From an uncultured Spirochaetota bacterium (GTDB lineage: Bacteria; Spirochaetota; Brevinematia; Brevinematales; JAOACQ01), in NCBI GenBank assembly GCA_963783575.1, contig CAWAOD010000011.1, positions 160,001 through 224,000 on the forward strand: a DNA stretch of 64,000 nucleotides. Reading direction: 5' to 3'. Of the stretch, positions 20,574 through 28,869 are shown in pieces (position 1 is the first letter of the stretch; each line of letters starts with the position of its first letter). The notes below the pieces were generated by a model. The model searched no databases. It was not told the DNA's origin and was given only the letters and a program-made list of their open reading frames with translations. The translations under genes and the position numbers were made by a program.

Positions 20574-21573
20574 TCAAGCCTCAGATTTCAGATTCAACAA
20601 CTTATAATATACTTCCACAATAATTTTTCTCGCTACTGCAATGATCGCTTTTTGTTTTCCTCTTCTTGTTCGAATATTCTCATAAAACGATTTCATTTCT
20701 TTATCATATCTCACACGAACCCAGGCTGCTTGTACTATGACCCTTAAAAAAGCACCGTCTACTTTTCGTGTAATTTGACCATTTGTTCCTTTTCCGTCAC
20801 TTTCACTAACTCTTGGTGCTAATCCCATATATGATACAAATTTTTTTGAGGTACTAAAGCGGTCTATATTGCCTACCTTCGTTATGATGTATGCGCCGGT
20901 TGTTGTGCCTATTCCCGTTAATTCTTTAATCTCATTATATCCGGGTCTCTTTATGCTTAAGGCTTCTGTTTCTTTATCCAGTACCTTAATGTCTTCTTTG
21001 AGATTTTCTAACATAACATACATCTGGATTACGGCTCTCTTTATACTCTCAGGTATGTTTTGTTCTTTGACCCAGTTTGTGTTCTTTTCAAAATTGTTGA
21101 ACATTTTGTCTCCGGTTTTAATCCCCCAATACTCCATCATCGCTATTATCTTTGTCTTATAGCTTTTCTTATTGCTAACCATTTCTTCCCTCACAGATAA
21201 TAATCCTCTTATTTCAGCGTCTTCGTCGCTTCTTATCTGACAGGTACTTAGCTCTTCTTTTTCAAATCTTTGTAATATAATCGCCATTCTTTCTGCATCT
21301 TCCTTGTCTGTTTTCCATTAATCTTTTTAAATCAATAGTATTGAAAATAACCGCATCTTTTGCTTTATCTTTTAACCGTTTGATTAAATCCCATGTCCAG
21401 TTTGTCGATTCAATCCCGATTATCGTTTCTTTGTCAATCTCTTTCTCAAATTCCGCTAATTCTTTTTCATTTCTCTCATATTGCTTGATTGATTTTTTAC
21501 CGTTTTCTATAATAATGCAAACGGTAATTTGCTTTTTGTGGATATCAATTCCGATCCACTTTTTTGCGTCCAT
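20574..21573 (-). CDS. IS110-family DEDD recombinase/transposase (frameshift at ~21315)
   Basis: WIGIDIHK, IGIES, KTDKEDA (in the shifted frame), GIGTTTG, GLAPRVSESDG (catalytic Ser region), KAIIAVARK. Confidence 0.9.
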
Positions 21574-21601
21574 CGTTTTCCTCCCTAATTTATTTGGGAG
21601 G

Positions 21602-21795
21602 CCTGAATCTTTTAGTGGTATATTAATCCGGTTGAAAAATTACCATACTCCAATACGAGGTTTATCCTCAAAATGGTGGTTCGGACAAGGATTCGATCAT
21701 ACTCCTAACGGGGTTTATCCCCACAAATTGATTCGATCTTTGTCCTATTCAGAGTCCTCATCTATTTTGATGCGGGCTCTTTTATTTTTCAACCT
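21602..21795 (-). ncRNA. Predicted IS110 bridge-RNA-like ncRNA in the upstream non-coding end
   Basis: 5' hairpin (21752-21779) and two tandem, mutually similar hairpin/internal-loop modules (21683-21745, 21642-21680), enclosed by CTGAAT/ATTCAG; folded by eye only. Confidence 0.65.
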
Positions 21796-21814
21796 TTTTT
21801 ATCATACCACCTCC

Positions 21815-21976
21815 TTATGCTTTTTCAGGGAACCACGGGAAAAATAGCGGTTTACTTTTTTTGTATTCCTCGAAATCTGCCCTTCCGGCGTATTTCTTTT
21901 CCAGAAGCGGTACACCGGATACAAACAACAGGAGAAATGTTATGGTTAAAGGGCTTATAATTGATATCCATCCATA
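21815..21976 (-). pseudogene. C-terminal remnant of a DUF1295 (steroid 5-alpha-reductase-like) membrane protein
   Basis: [23 protein letters not shown]...FEEYKK...FFPWFP is the typical DUF1295 C-terminus; the N-terminal part is absent. Confidence 0.7.
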
Positions 21977-22151
21977 TCGGGAAGAAGCACATAAAATAAG
22001 TATAGACATATTCTTAAGATTCGTCAACAGAAAAAATTATTCCGGAAATAACTTTTCGCCATGAATGAGTAATAAAAGGCCGTCAAATTTCATTTTGACT
22101 TTTCCTATGATCAGGATTATAATTTTCATGGATATAAAGGAGGGCATTTAT

Positions 22152-23822
22152 ATGCCGAAAGTTCTGATTGTTGGCGGCGTTGCGGGAGGTATGTCCGCGG
22201 CCGCAAGGCTTAGAAGGCTGGATGAAGAAGCGGAGATAATTGTATTCGAGAAAGGCGAATATATTTCTTACGCAAATTGCGGACTGCCCTATTACATCGG
22301 CGGTGTGATCAGGGATAGGGAAAAACTTCTGGTACAGACTATCAATTCATTCAAAAAAAGATTCCGGGTGGATATCAGGATCCTAAGTGAAGTGAAGAAA
22401 ATTGGCAGGGTTAATAAAACGCTTTCGGTTAAAAACCTTATTACCGGTGAGGAATATTCTGAAATCTATGATAAATTGATTCTATCCCCGGGCGCTGAGC
22501 CTTTTATACCCAGGCTTCCCGGGATTGACAATCCGAAGATTTTTACGCTGCGGAGCATTGCAGATACCGATAAAATAAAAGCATTTATAGATACTCAGAA
22601 ACCCAAAAGGGCATTAATAATCGGTGCGGGATTCATCGGTCTGGAAATGGCCGAAAATCTGTTCAACAGGGGAATTTTCGTAACAATTGTCGAAATGGCG
22701 GAACAGGTTATGAATGCGATAGATTTTGAAATGGCTTCAATCGTACATCAGCATTTAAGAGCAAAAAAGATAGAGTTTTACCTTAGTGATGCCGTTAAAA
22801 GCTTCGAGGATTTGGGATCTAAGATTAAAACAATTTTGACCGGCGGAAAAGAAATCGTTTCGGAAATGGTGATTTTATCAATAGGAGTCAAACCGGACAT
22901 AAAGCTTGCAAAAGAAGCCGGAATCAAGATTGGAGATAAAAACGGAATAGCTGTGAACGATTATTTGCAGACATCGGACGAGAATATTTACGCAGTCGGC
23001 GATGCCGTTGAGACAATAAACCTGGTAACCGGGAAACCGGGAATATTTCCTCTTGCCGGTCCTGCGAACAAACAGGGAAGAATTGCTGCGGACAATATCA
23101 TCAAAGGGAATAAACACAAATATAGGGGCACAATGGGAACGGCAATTGCCAAAGTTTTCGATCTCGCAGTAGGAGTTACCGGAGCGGCGGAGAAAATGCT
23201 GAAATCAGAGAATATTCCTTATCAGGCACTCATAATTCACCCTTCGTCGCATGCTTCTTATTATCCCGGAAACCTTCAGTTCAGCCTTAAGCTTGTATTC
23301 TCACCCGAAGATGGAAGGCTTTTCGGCGCCCAGGCCGTCGGTTTTGAGGGGGTTGACAAAAGAATAGACGTGATCTCCACGGCTATAATGAATCACAATA
23401 CTATTTATGATCTTGAGGAAATAGAACATTCATATGCTCCGCCTTATTCCTCGGCAAAAGACCCAGTTAATATGGCCGGGTTTGCGGCTGAAAATGCCCT
23501 GACCGGTAAAGTTAAAATCATATATTGGAACCAGATTGACGGTCTTAATCGGAGTGAATATTTTATTCTCGATGTACGAACGCCTGAAGAATACAGGATG
23601 GGAACAATAAAGGACGCGGTGAATATCCCGGTCGAATCGCTTCGAGAAAGGATTAAAGAGTTACCTAAAGATAAAAATATCGCAGTTTTCTGCAGGGTCG
23701 GCCAGCGCGGTTATATTGCGGCCAGAATACTTACCCAGAAAGGGTTTGAAGATGTCTATAATCTTACCGGAGGATATTTAACCTATTCGATGGCTCATCA
23801 GAAACAGGATAACCCTGTCTAG
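22152..23822 (+). CDS. CoA-disulfide reductase / NADH oxidase-like flavoprotein with C-terminal rhodanese domain
   Basis: GGVAGG, SYANCGLPY (redox Cys), GAGFIG, YAPPYS, DVRTPEE, CRVGQRG. Confidence 0.9.
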   Translation: MPKVLIVGGVAGGMSAAARLRRLDEEAEIIVFEKGEYISYANCGLPYYIGGVIRDREKLLVQTINSFKKRFRVDIRILSEVKKIGRVNKTLSVKNLITGEEYSEIYDKLILSPGAEPFIPRLPGIDNPKIFTLRSIADTDKIKAFIDTQKPKRALIIGAGFIGLEMAENLFNRGIFVTIVEMAEQVMNAIDFEMASIVHQHLRAKKIEFYLSDAVKSFEDLGSKIKTILTGGKEIVSEMVILSIGVKPDIKLAKEAGIKIGDKNGIAVNDYLQTSDENIYAVGDAVETINLVTGKPGIFPLAGPANKQGRIAADNIIKGNKHKYRGTMGTAIAKVFDLAVGVTGAAEKMLKSENIPYQALIIHPSSHASYYPGNLQFSLKLVFSPEDGRLFGAQAVGFEGVDKRIDVISTAIMNHNTIYDLEEIEHSYAPPYSSAKDPVNMAGFAAENALTGKVKIIYWNQIDGLNRSEYFILDVRTPEEYRMGTIKDAVNIPVESLRERIKELPKDKNIAVFCRVGQRGYIAARILTQKGFEDVYNLTGGYLTYSMAHQKQDNPV

Positions 23823-23884
23823 ATGAAGAAAGATTCTCTTGAATCGATAGCTAAAAACAGTGCAAGAATGACTGAAGGACTGCA

Positions 23885-24967
23885 ATGACAAAAAAAGAAA
23901 TAGCACATCTGCGTTTGATAAATCATCATATTGCCGCTAATAGTTTCGATCGTCCCGTAGAAGTAGTTCAATGGATGGGCGCCATTCAGGCTCAATTTTA
24001 CCGGCAGGCATTATGGGCGGTCGGCCTGCGCATGAAATCCGCACGCATTGCCGATATAGAACAAGCAATAGCCGGCAGAGAAATTGTCCAGACCTGGCCG
24101 ATGCGCGGTACACTTCATTTTGTGCCGGCAGAGAATGTGAAATGGATGCTGTCACTTTTGTCCCCCAGGAGGCTGGCAGCGGATAAAACACGTCAGAAAC
24201 AGCTGGAAATCAGCGACAAAATCCTTGAACAAAGCAGGTATTTATTTCAAAAAGCATTAACAGGCGGAAAACGGGTTACTCGCTCCGGTATGATGAAACT
24301 GCTGGAGGTTGGGGGGATCAACCCTAAAGGACAGCGTGGATATCACATCCTCTGGAACTTTGCCCTTGAAGGCCTCATTTGTTTCGGCCCGATGCAGGAT
24401 AAGGAGCAGACCTTCGTGCTTTTAGACGAATGGGTGCCGTTCTCCCGGACGCTTTTCCGGGATGAAGCATTGGCCGAGCTGGCCGGAATATATTTTAAAG
24501 GTCATGGGCCTGCGACCGTCTATGATTTTGCGAACTGGACAGGGCTAACGCTTACAGATGCCCGGGCCGGTCTGGAATCTGTAAAACTTAATCTGGTTTC
24601 AGAAAAGAATAATGAAATAGAATTTTGGCAATCTAAAAACACATCCGGTAAGGCAGCCGATACAACCGTCACATACATGCTTCCCGGTTTTGACGAATAC
24701 TTGATCGGCTACAAAAACCGGAGTGATGTTCTGGCTAAAGAAAATGCCTTCAAAGTTGCCCCTGGCGGTAACGGTATGTTCCTGCCAATGATTGTTGTCG
24801 ACGGTCAGGTAGTCGGAACATGGAAAAGTACAATTAGAAAAAACTCCGTCGAAATTCTCCTAAATCCCTTCCCTGGAATTAATATTTCAAAAGAAAGTAT
24901 AACCGGTTCTACCAAAAGATTCTGTGATTTTTTTGGTTTAGCGCTGAAATCAATTGCGGTAAATTAG
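23885..24967 (+). CDS. AlkZ/YcaQ-family (HTH_42) winged-helix DNA glycosylase
   Basis: GAIQAQ (QxQ), WPMRGTLH, HGPATVYDFANWTG, LPGFDEYLIGY. Confidence 0.82.
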   Translation: MTKKEIAHLRLINHHIAANSFDRPVEVVQWMGAIQAQFYRQALWAVGLRMKSARIADIEQAIAGREIVQTWPMRGTLHFVPAENVKWMLSLLSPRRLAADKTRQKQLEISDKILEQSRYLFQKALTGGKRVTRSGMMKLLEVGGINPKGQRGYHILWNFALEGLICFGPMQDKEQTFVLLDEWVPFSRTLFRDEALAELAGIYFKGHGPATVYDFANWTGLTLTDARAGLESVKLNLVSEKNNEIEFWQSKNTSGKAADTTVTYMLPGFDEYLIGYKNRSDVLAKENAFKVAPGGNGMFLPMIVVDGQVVGTWKSTIRKNSVEILLNPFPGINISKESITGSTKRFCDFFGLALKSIAVN

Positions 24968-25043
24968 AGCTCTCGAGAAAAACCTTTGTTAAAATGATGC
25001 TCATATTAAAATAATTTGGATGAAATAAATGAGACAGGGCTTT

Positions 25044-26207
25044 CTATCTTCCACCCTTTTTGATGGCGTCAAGAGAATCAATCGTTTCCTTATCTTCAAT
25101 GATTGTTTCAATCCATCTTTTATCATCATTGATCAGATCGATCTGGATCGGGTATTTTAATAAATCACCCCTTGAGTTGTAATAGATCGCGACTAAAGGC
25201 TTCAGTGCTTCCAATTTAGAAAGCTTGTTCACTTCTGCCTTTTCACCTGTGTTTAAAAGAACATATTGTCCTTCTGAAAAGATGGTTTTTTCAATTAAAT
25301 ATTCAGGCATTTTGTTTATGAATTCTATTGCGAACCTGGGATTAAATTTTACTGCCATATTTTTACGGATCAGTAAAAATGCCCTCCAGAAAGCAATTTT
25401 GTCGCGATAGCTTTTACTGGTCGTAACCGCTTCATAAAAATCGCAGATCGAGAAGATTTGAGACATATCATCAATTTTATCGACGGTAACGCCCAGAGGA
25501 TAGCCGCTTCCGTCGTAGCATTCATGGTGCATTAATGCGATATTCATTATCTGATCCTCAAAGTGGGACTGACCTTTCAGGATATTATAACTGTAAACGG
25601 GATGCTTTTTAATTATCTCAAGTTCCTCTTTTGTAAGCGGTTCCTTTTTTATTAATATCTCTGCAGGTACCATGATTTTCCCGATGTCATGAAGAAGGGC
25701 ACCGATACCCAACACCCTTATCTTGTCTCTTTTCCATCCAATTAATTTACTATATAGCACGGCGATCATGGCGGAATTCACCGAATGGACATACGTCTGT
25801 TCGTCGTAATCCTTTATTTCTATAATGTTTAGAAGGGTACCGCTTTCTGCATCAGAAACTTTTTCGATGAATTTTTCAACAGTCTCCTCAATATCCTTCT
25901 CCGGCAAAGGCGTTTTTTTAATGATAGCGTAACCGATCTGTTCTGATACCGAAAATGCTTTTTCAAGAACCTCTGACGGCATCATCGGATTCTTTTCATA
26001 ACCTGATACTATCAGCGGCTTCTTATAAAAGACTTTTTTTATATTTCGTGAAATCAGGCTATTTATGATTTCCTGCGCAATAGGTTGGTTAGCCGGGTAA
26101 ATCATAATTCCCTGTTCGGTAAACAGGTCACCCTTCAATATCATGCCAGGATACATGCAGTTTACATATAAATCGATTCTGGAAAATTTTTCCTCTTTTT
26201 CATTCAT
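25044..26207 (-). CDS. HD-GYP cyclic dinucleotide phosphodiesterase
   Basis: HSVN, LLHDIGK, HHECYDGSGYP. Confidence 0.88.
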   Translation of the reverse strand: MNEKEEKFSRIDLYVNCMYPGMILKGDLFTEQGIMIYPANQPIAQEIINSLISRNIKKVFYKKPLIVSGYEKNPMMPSEVLEKAFSVSEQIGYAIIKKTPLPEKDIEETVEKFIEKVSDAESGTLLNIIEIKDYDEQTYVHSVNSAMIAVLYSKLIGWKRDKIRVLGIGALLHDIGKIMVPAEILIKKEPLTKEELEIIKKHPVYSYNILKGQSHFEDQIMNIALMHHECYDGSGYPLGVTVDKIDDMSQIFSICDFYEAVTTSKSYRDKIAFWRAFLLIRKNMAVKFNPRFAIEFINKMPEYLIEKTIFSEGQYVLLNTGEKAEVNKLSKLEALKPLVAIYYNSRGDLLKYPIQIDLINDDKRWIETIIEDKETIDSLDAIKKGGR

Positions 26208-26820
26208 ATTAAATTCCTATATTGTTATTGAATGGAAAAATAATTAAAAACAGCCTGATTAATATAATCAATATAATATTTTAACATTGAACAATAAAAT
26301 ATGTGAAATTTTTTAATAAAATAAATATTATACTGATCCACTGAATTTTAAAGATATAATTGTTGTGGTTAACAATAAATTTTTTTAAATTCAACATTAA
26401 AAGAGAATTATTGATAATTCAGATTATTTTTTATTGTCAGATACAATCAGCTTCATAACTGATTCCGGACCGGATTAGTTTTTTTTCTTCATCATCACTA
26501 ATTGGAGGATAAATATTTCATCGCTGTCTCTGCTACCGGGTCACCTGGTATAATTACTAATAAAATATTTTGAAAAAAACTTATATCTTGTTATAATATT
26601 GCTAAAATAATATGGAGAATTAATGCTATAACAATCCGAATATTTGATAAACTTTTTAACATATGAAACTGAAATAAGAAATAAAATTGCATGGTATTTA
26701 ATTGAAACAAAATATAAAAGTAACGAAGCAATTGTGTCCTTGCGGCAACTGAAAGAAATTTAAATACTGTTGAATTGATAAATAATAGAATAAAACTAAA
26801 ATTTCTAAAGGAGATGTTTT

Positions 26821-27069
26821 ATGAGTTCAGAGGAAGAATTAAAAGCCAAGATTGCGGCATTAGAAGCAGAGAATGCGGCATTAAAAAATAAAGGGCCTCG
26901 CTCTATTACCCTTAAAGTAAGTGAAAAAGGGGGTGTTTCACTTTATGGGATTGGAAGATTTCCAGTTACCCTTTATAAAGAGCAGTGGATTAAGGTGCTT
27001 GATTATGGCGACAATATTCGCCATTTCATCCAGGAGAATGATTCCCTATTGAAGAAAAAAGAAAGCTAG
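26821..27069 (+). CDS. Small conserved hypothetical protein (coiled coil plus LKVSEKGGVSLYGIGRFPVTLYKEQW domain)
   Basis: AAGGAG RBS; protein-like composition; motif recognised from uncharacterised proteins, no family name assigned. Confidence 0.7.
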   Translation: MSSEEELKAKIAALEAENAALKNKGPRSITLKVSEKGGVSLYGIGRFPVTLYKEQWIKVLDYGDNIRHFIQENDSLLKKKES

Positions 27070-27121
27070 ATTTAAAATGAAAGTTTGATTTATAATTATA
27101 GAGTAATATTTAATTATGTCC

Positions 27122-27265
27122 TTATCGCCTTTTAGTAACAAACCTTTCCTTGCCGCGGTTTATCTTGTTCTGGTTTCTGCTCATCCAGTCGCTGGACATA
27201 AACAGCCTTTTATCAGGATTATTATTCTTCGTAAAAAGTAACTTAATTATAAAATCAAATGTCAT
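27122..27265 (-). CDS. Putative 47-aa basic small protein (not in ORF track)
   Basis: GGAAGGCGG then ATG: MTFDFIIKLLFTKNNNPDKRLFMSSDWMSRNQNKINRGKERFVTKRR*. Confidence 0.4.
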   Translation of the reverse strand: MTFDFIIKLLFTKNNNPDKRLFMSSDWMSRNQNKINRGKERFVTKRR

Positions 27266-27422
27266 TTATAGACCGCCTTCCTAATATGTAACCGATTATT
27301 ATATCATACTTGCAAGTTAAATCATAATTTTGGAGGGTAGAGAAGTAGAAATTTCTTTGAATCATTTGACTTTCCCACAATTTCATTAGTAAATTACATC
27401 AACCTTTTCACCAGGAGATTAT

Positions 27423-27629
27423 ATGGATTCTCGTTATCTTGAATATAATGGCAAGTTGTACCAGGTGCAAACTAATAAAATATCAAATGGCTATGTAACT
27501 GAAATTCTTGATAATGACATTATTGTCACTTCCATCAATTCAAAATCCCAAGCGACCGATGAACTTATTAAACAAAAGCTTGATGCTAAATTTAAAGATA
27601 TTAAGGTCAATGAAGTGGTGGGGGATTAA
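27423..27629 (+). CDS. Small hypothetical protein
   Basis: AGGAG RBS, ATG start, plausible upstream TTGACT promoter box. Confidence 0.6.
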   Translation: MDSRYLEYNGKLYQVQTNKISNGYVTEILDNDIIVTSINSKSQATDELIKQKLDAKFKDIKVNEVVGD

Positions 27630-28028
27630 TTAATTGAATTGGTGGATGTATTGCCCCTGTTAAATTAGTTTGTATAGAAGTAAAAGTTTTATCCTTTAGC
27701 TCCTCTTCCCGATAAATACTGATTCCAGCGGTTGATTACATCCATGGTCTTGTTCAACAAGTTTCCTAGGTGAAATTTTTTAATGAATAATCCGGCTTTA
27801 TTCCCATACTTTTTTGGAAAAACGCCTTTCCGGTATGATATTCCTCTCGTCTTCTAACTCAATATTAAAAGACATTTGGTTACATTTCCTTTTGTCCGTA
27901 ATTTACTTTGGGAATTTAACTGGACAGGATACAGGTAGATCTTTCTGTGCCGGGATATGCCCTTTATCCGGCCTTGGAGAGATACTGATTTCGTTAAATC
28001 TTTTATACAATCCTGAGGTTTTAAAAAA

Positions 28029-28337
28029 ATGAGCCCTTTTTATATGACGGATCATGGAATATCTGTAAGTAATATTTATGCATATATAATATATTATTTC
28101 ATAGTTTTTCTAACGATAATACTTTCATTGACTGCAGGTAAAAAGTCCTTCTGCCATAATTGTACCAGGAACTGCCCGATGAGCCTTGAAGTTGAACAGA
28201 TGGTGAAAGACGGTTCAATGAATAACAGCGAATGTATCCTTTGCGGTGAATGTGTTGATAGCTGCAAGAGTAAGGCTGTCCAATACGGTTTTGGCAATCC
28301 TAATTTCGGAACAATTCAATATAGGAAACATTTATGA
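28029..28337 (+). pseudogene. Remnant of a membrane 4Fe-4S (polyferredoxin-type) protein
   Basis: One TM segment joined to CHNCTRNCPM and ECILCGECVDSC; the N-terminus and an internal part look deleted. Confidence 0.6.
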
Positions 28338-28869
28338 ATTATTACAAAATACAATTATTATCAATTGTCCTTTTTGTTGCATTGTTAACAGGATGTTGTA
28401 TGGGCTTCCCGACTTGCTCGGAATTCCCCTAGGAAAGTCAGACCTCCTCTCTGGCAAGCCATTAGCGGCTATGATAGGATGCTCATCGTCTGATTCAAAG
28501 TCGAACATCATTAGTGCAGATTCAATAACCCCGGCGGATACGAGCACTTCTTTCTTCGAGTTTATGAGCTTTGTTTGGGTTGTGACGCTTATGCCGATTT
28601 GATCAACAGGAACACTTATATAGGTGATATGAAAATCATAACTATTATAACGGAACCTATAGCCGTTAACTGTATTCTGCGGTTAACAGAGATTACCGGG
28701 TAGAATATTTGGTGGTTCTTCGTTTTTCTCGTCTTTTTTTGTGTTTTTGCACATTGCTGATTATAATTTTTCCTGAGAAGCTTTGTCACTGGGAAGAATT
28801 GCATGGTATTCGGGAGATTTATGGCGATAGCCCGGATAGACTATCACTTCTGTAATAGGAGATCCTCGA

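Larger units (their letters stand above)
20540..21815 (-). mobile_element. IS110-family element (~1.27 kb) bounded by a shared AGGAG core
   Basis: No terminal inverted repeats; CTCCT at 20540-20544 and 21811-21815; removing the element leaves ...GCA TAA GGAG AATGT ATG..., a normal stop-RBS-start junction. Confidence 0.82.

Noticed and set aside
21644..21730. Two 33-nt direct repeats read as a mini-CRISPR
   Set aside because: Only two imperfect copies, no cas genes, and they lie in the non-coding end of an IS110, where a two-loop guide RNA explains them better.
21341..21847. 168-aa + strand ORF across the IS110 end
   Set aside because: Antisense to the recombinase and predicted ncRNA, crosses the element boundary, and has no recognisable motif.
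23800..23885. Possible truncation of the CoA-disulfide reductase (some homologues continue with TusA/DsrE domains)
   Set aside because: The reductase-plus-rhodanese form is a known complete architecture, and no continuing frame is visible before the next gene.
27650..28610. Short overlapping ORFs on both strands around the 4Fe-4S remnant
   Set aside because: Stop-interrupted or without RBS and with no family I can recognise; treated as decayed DNA.
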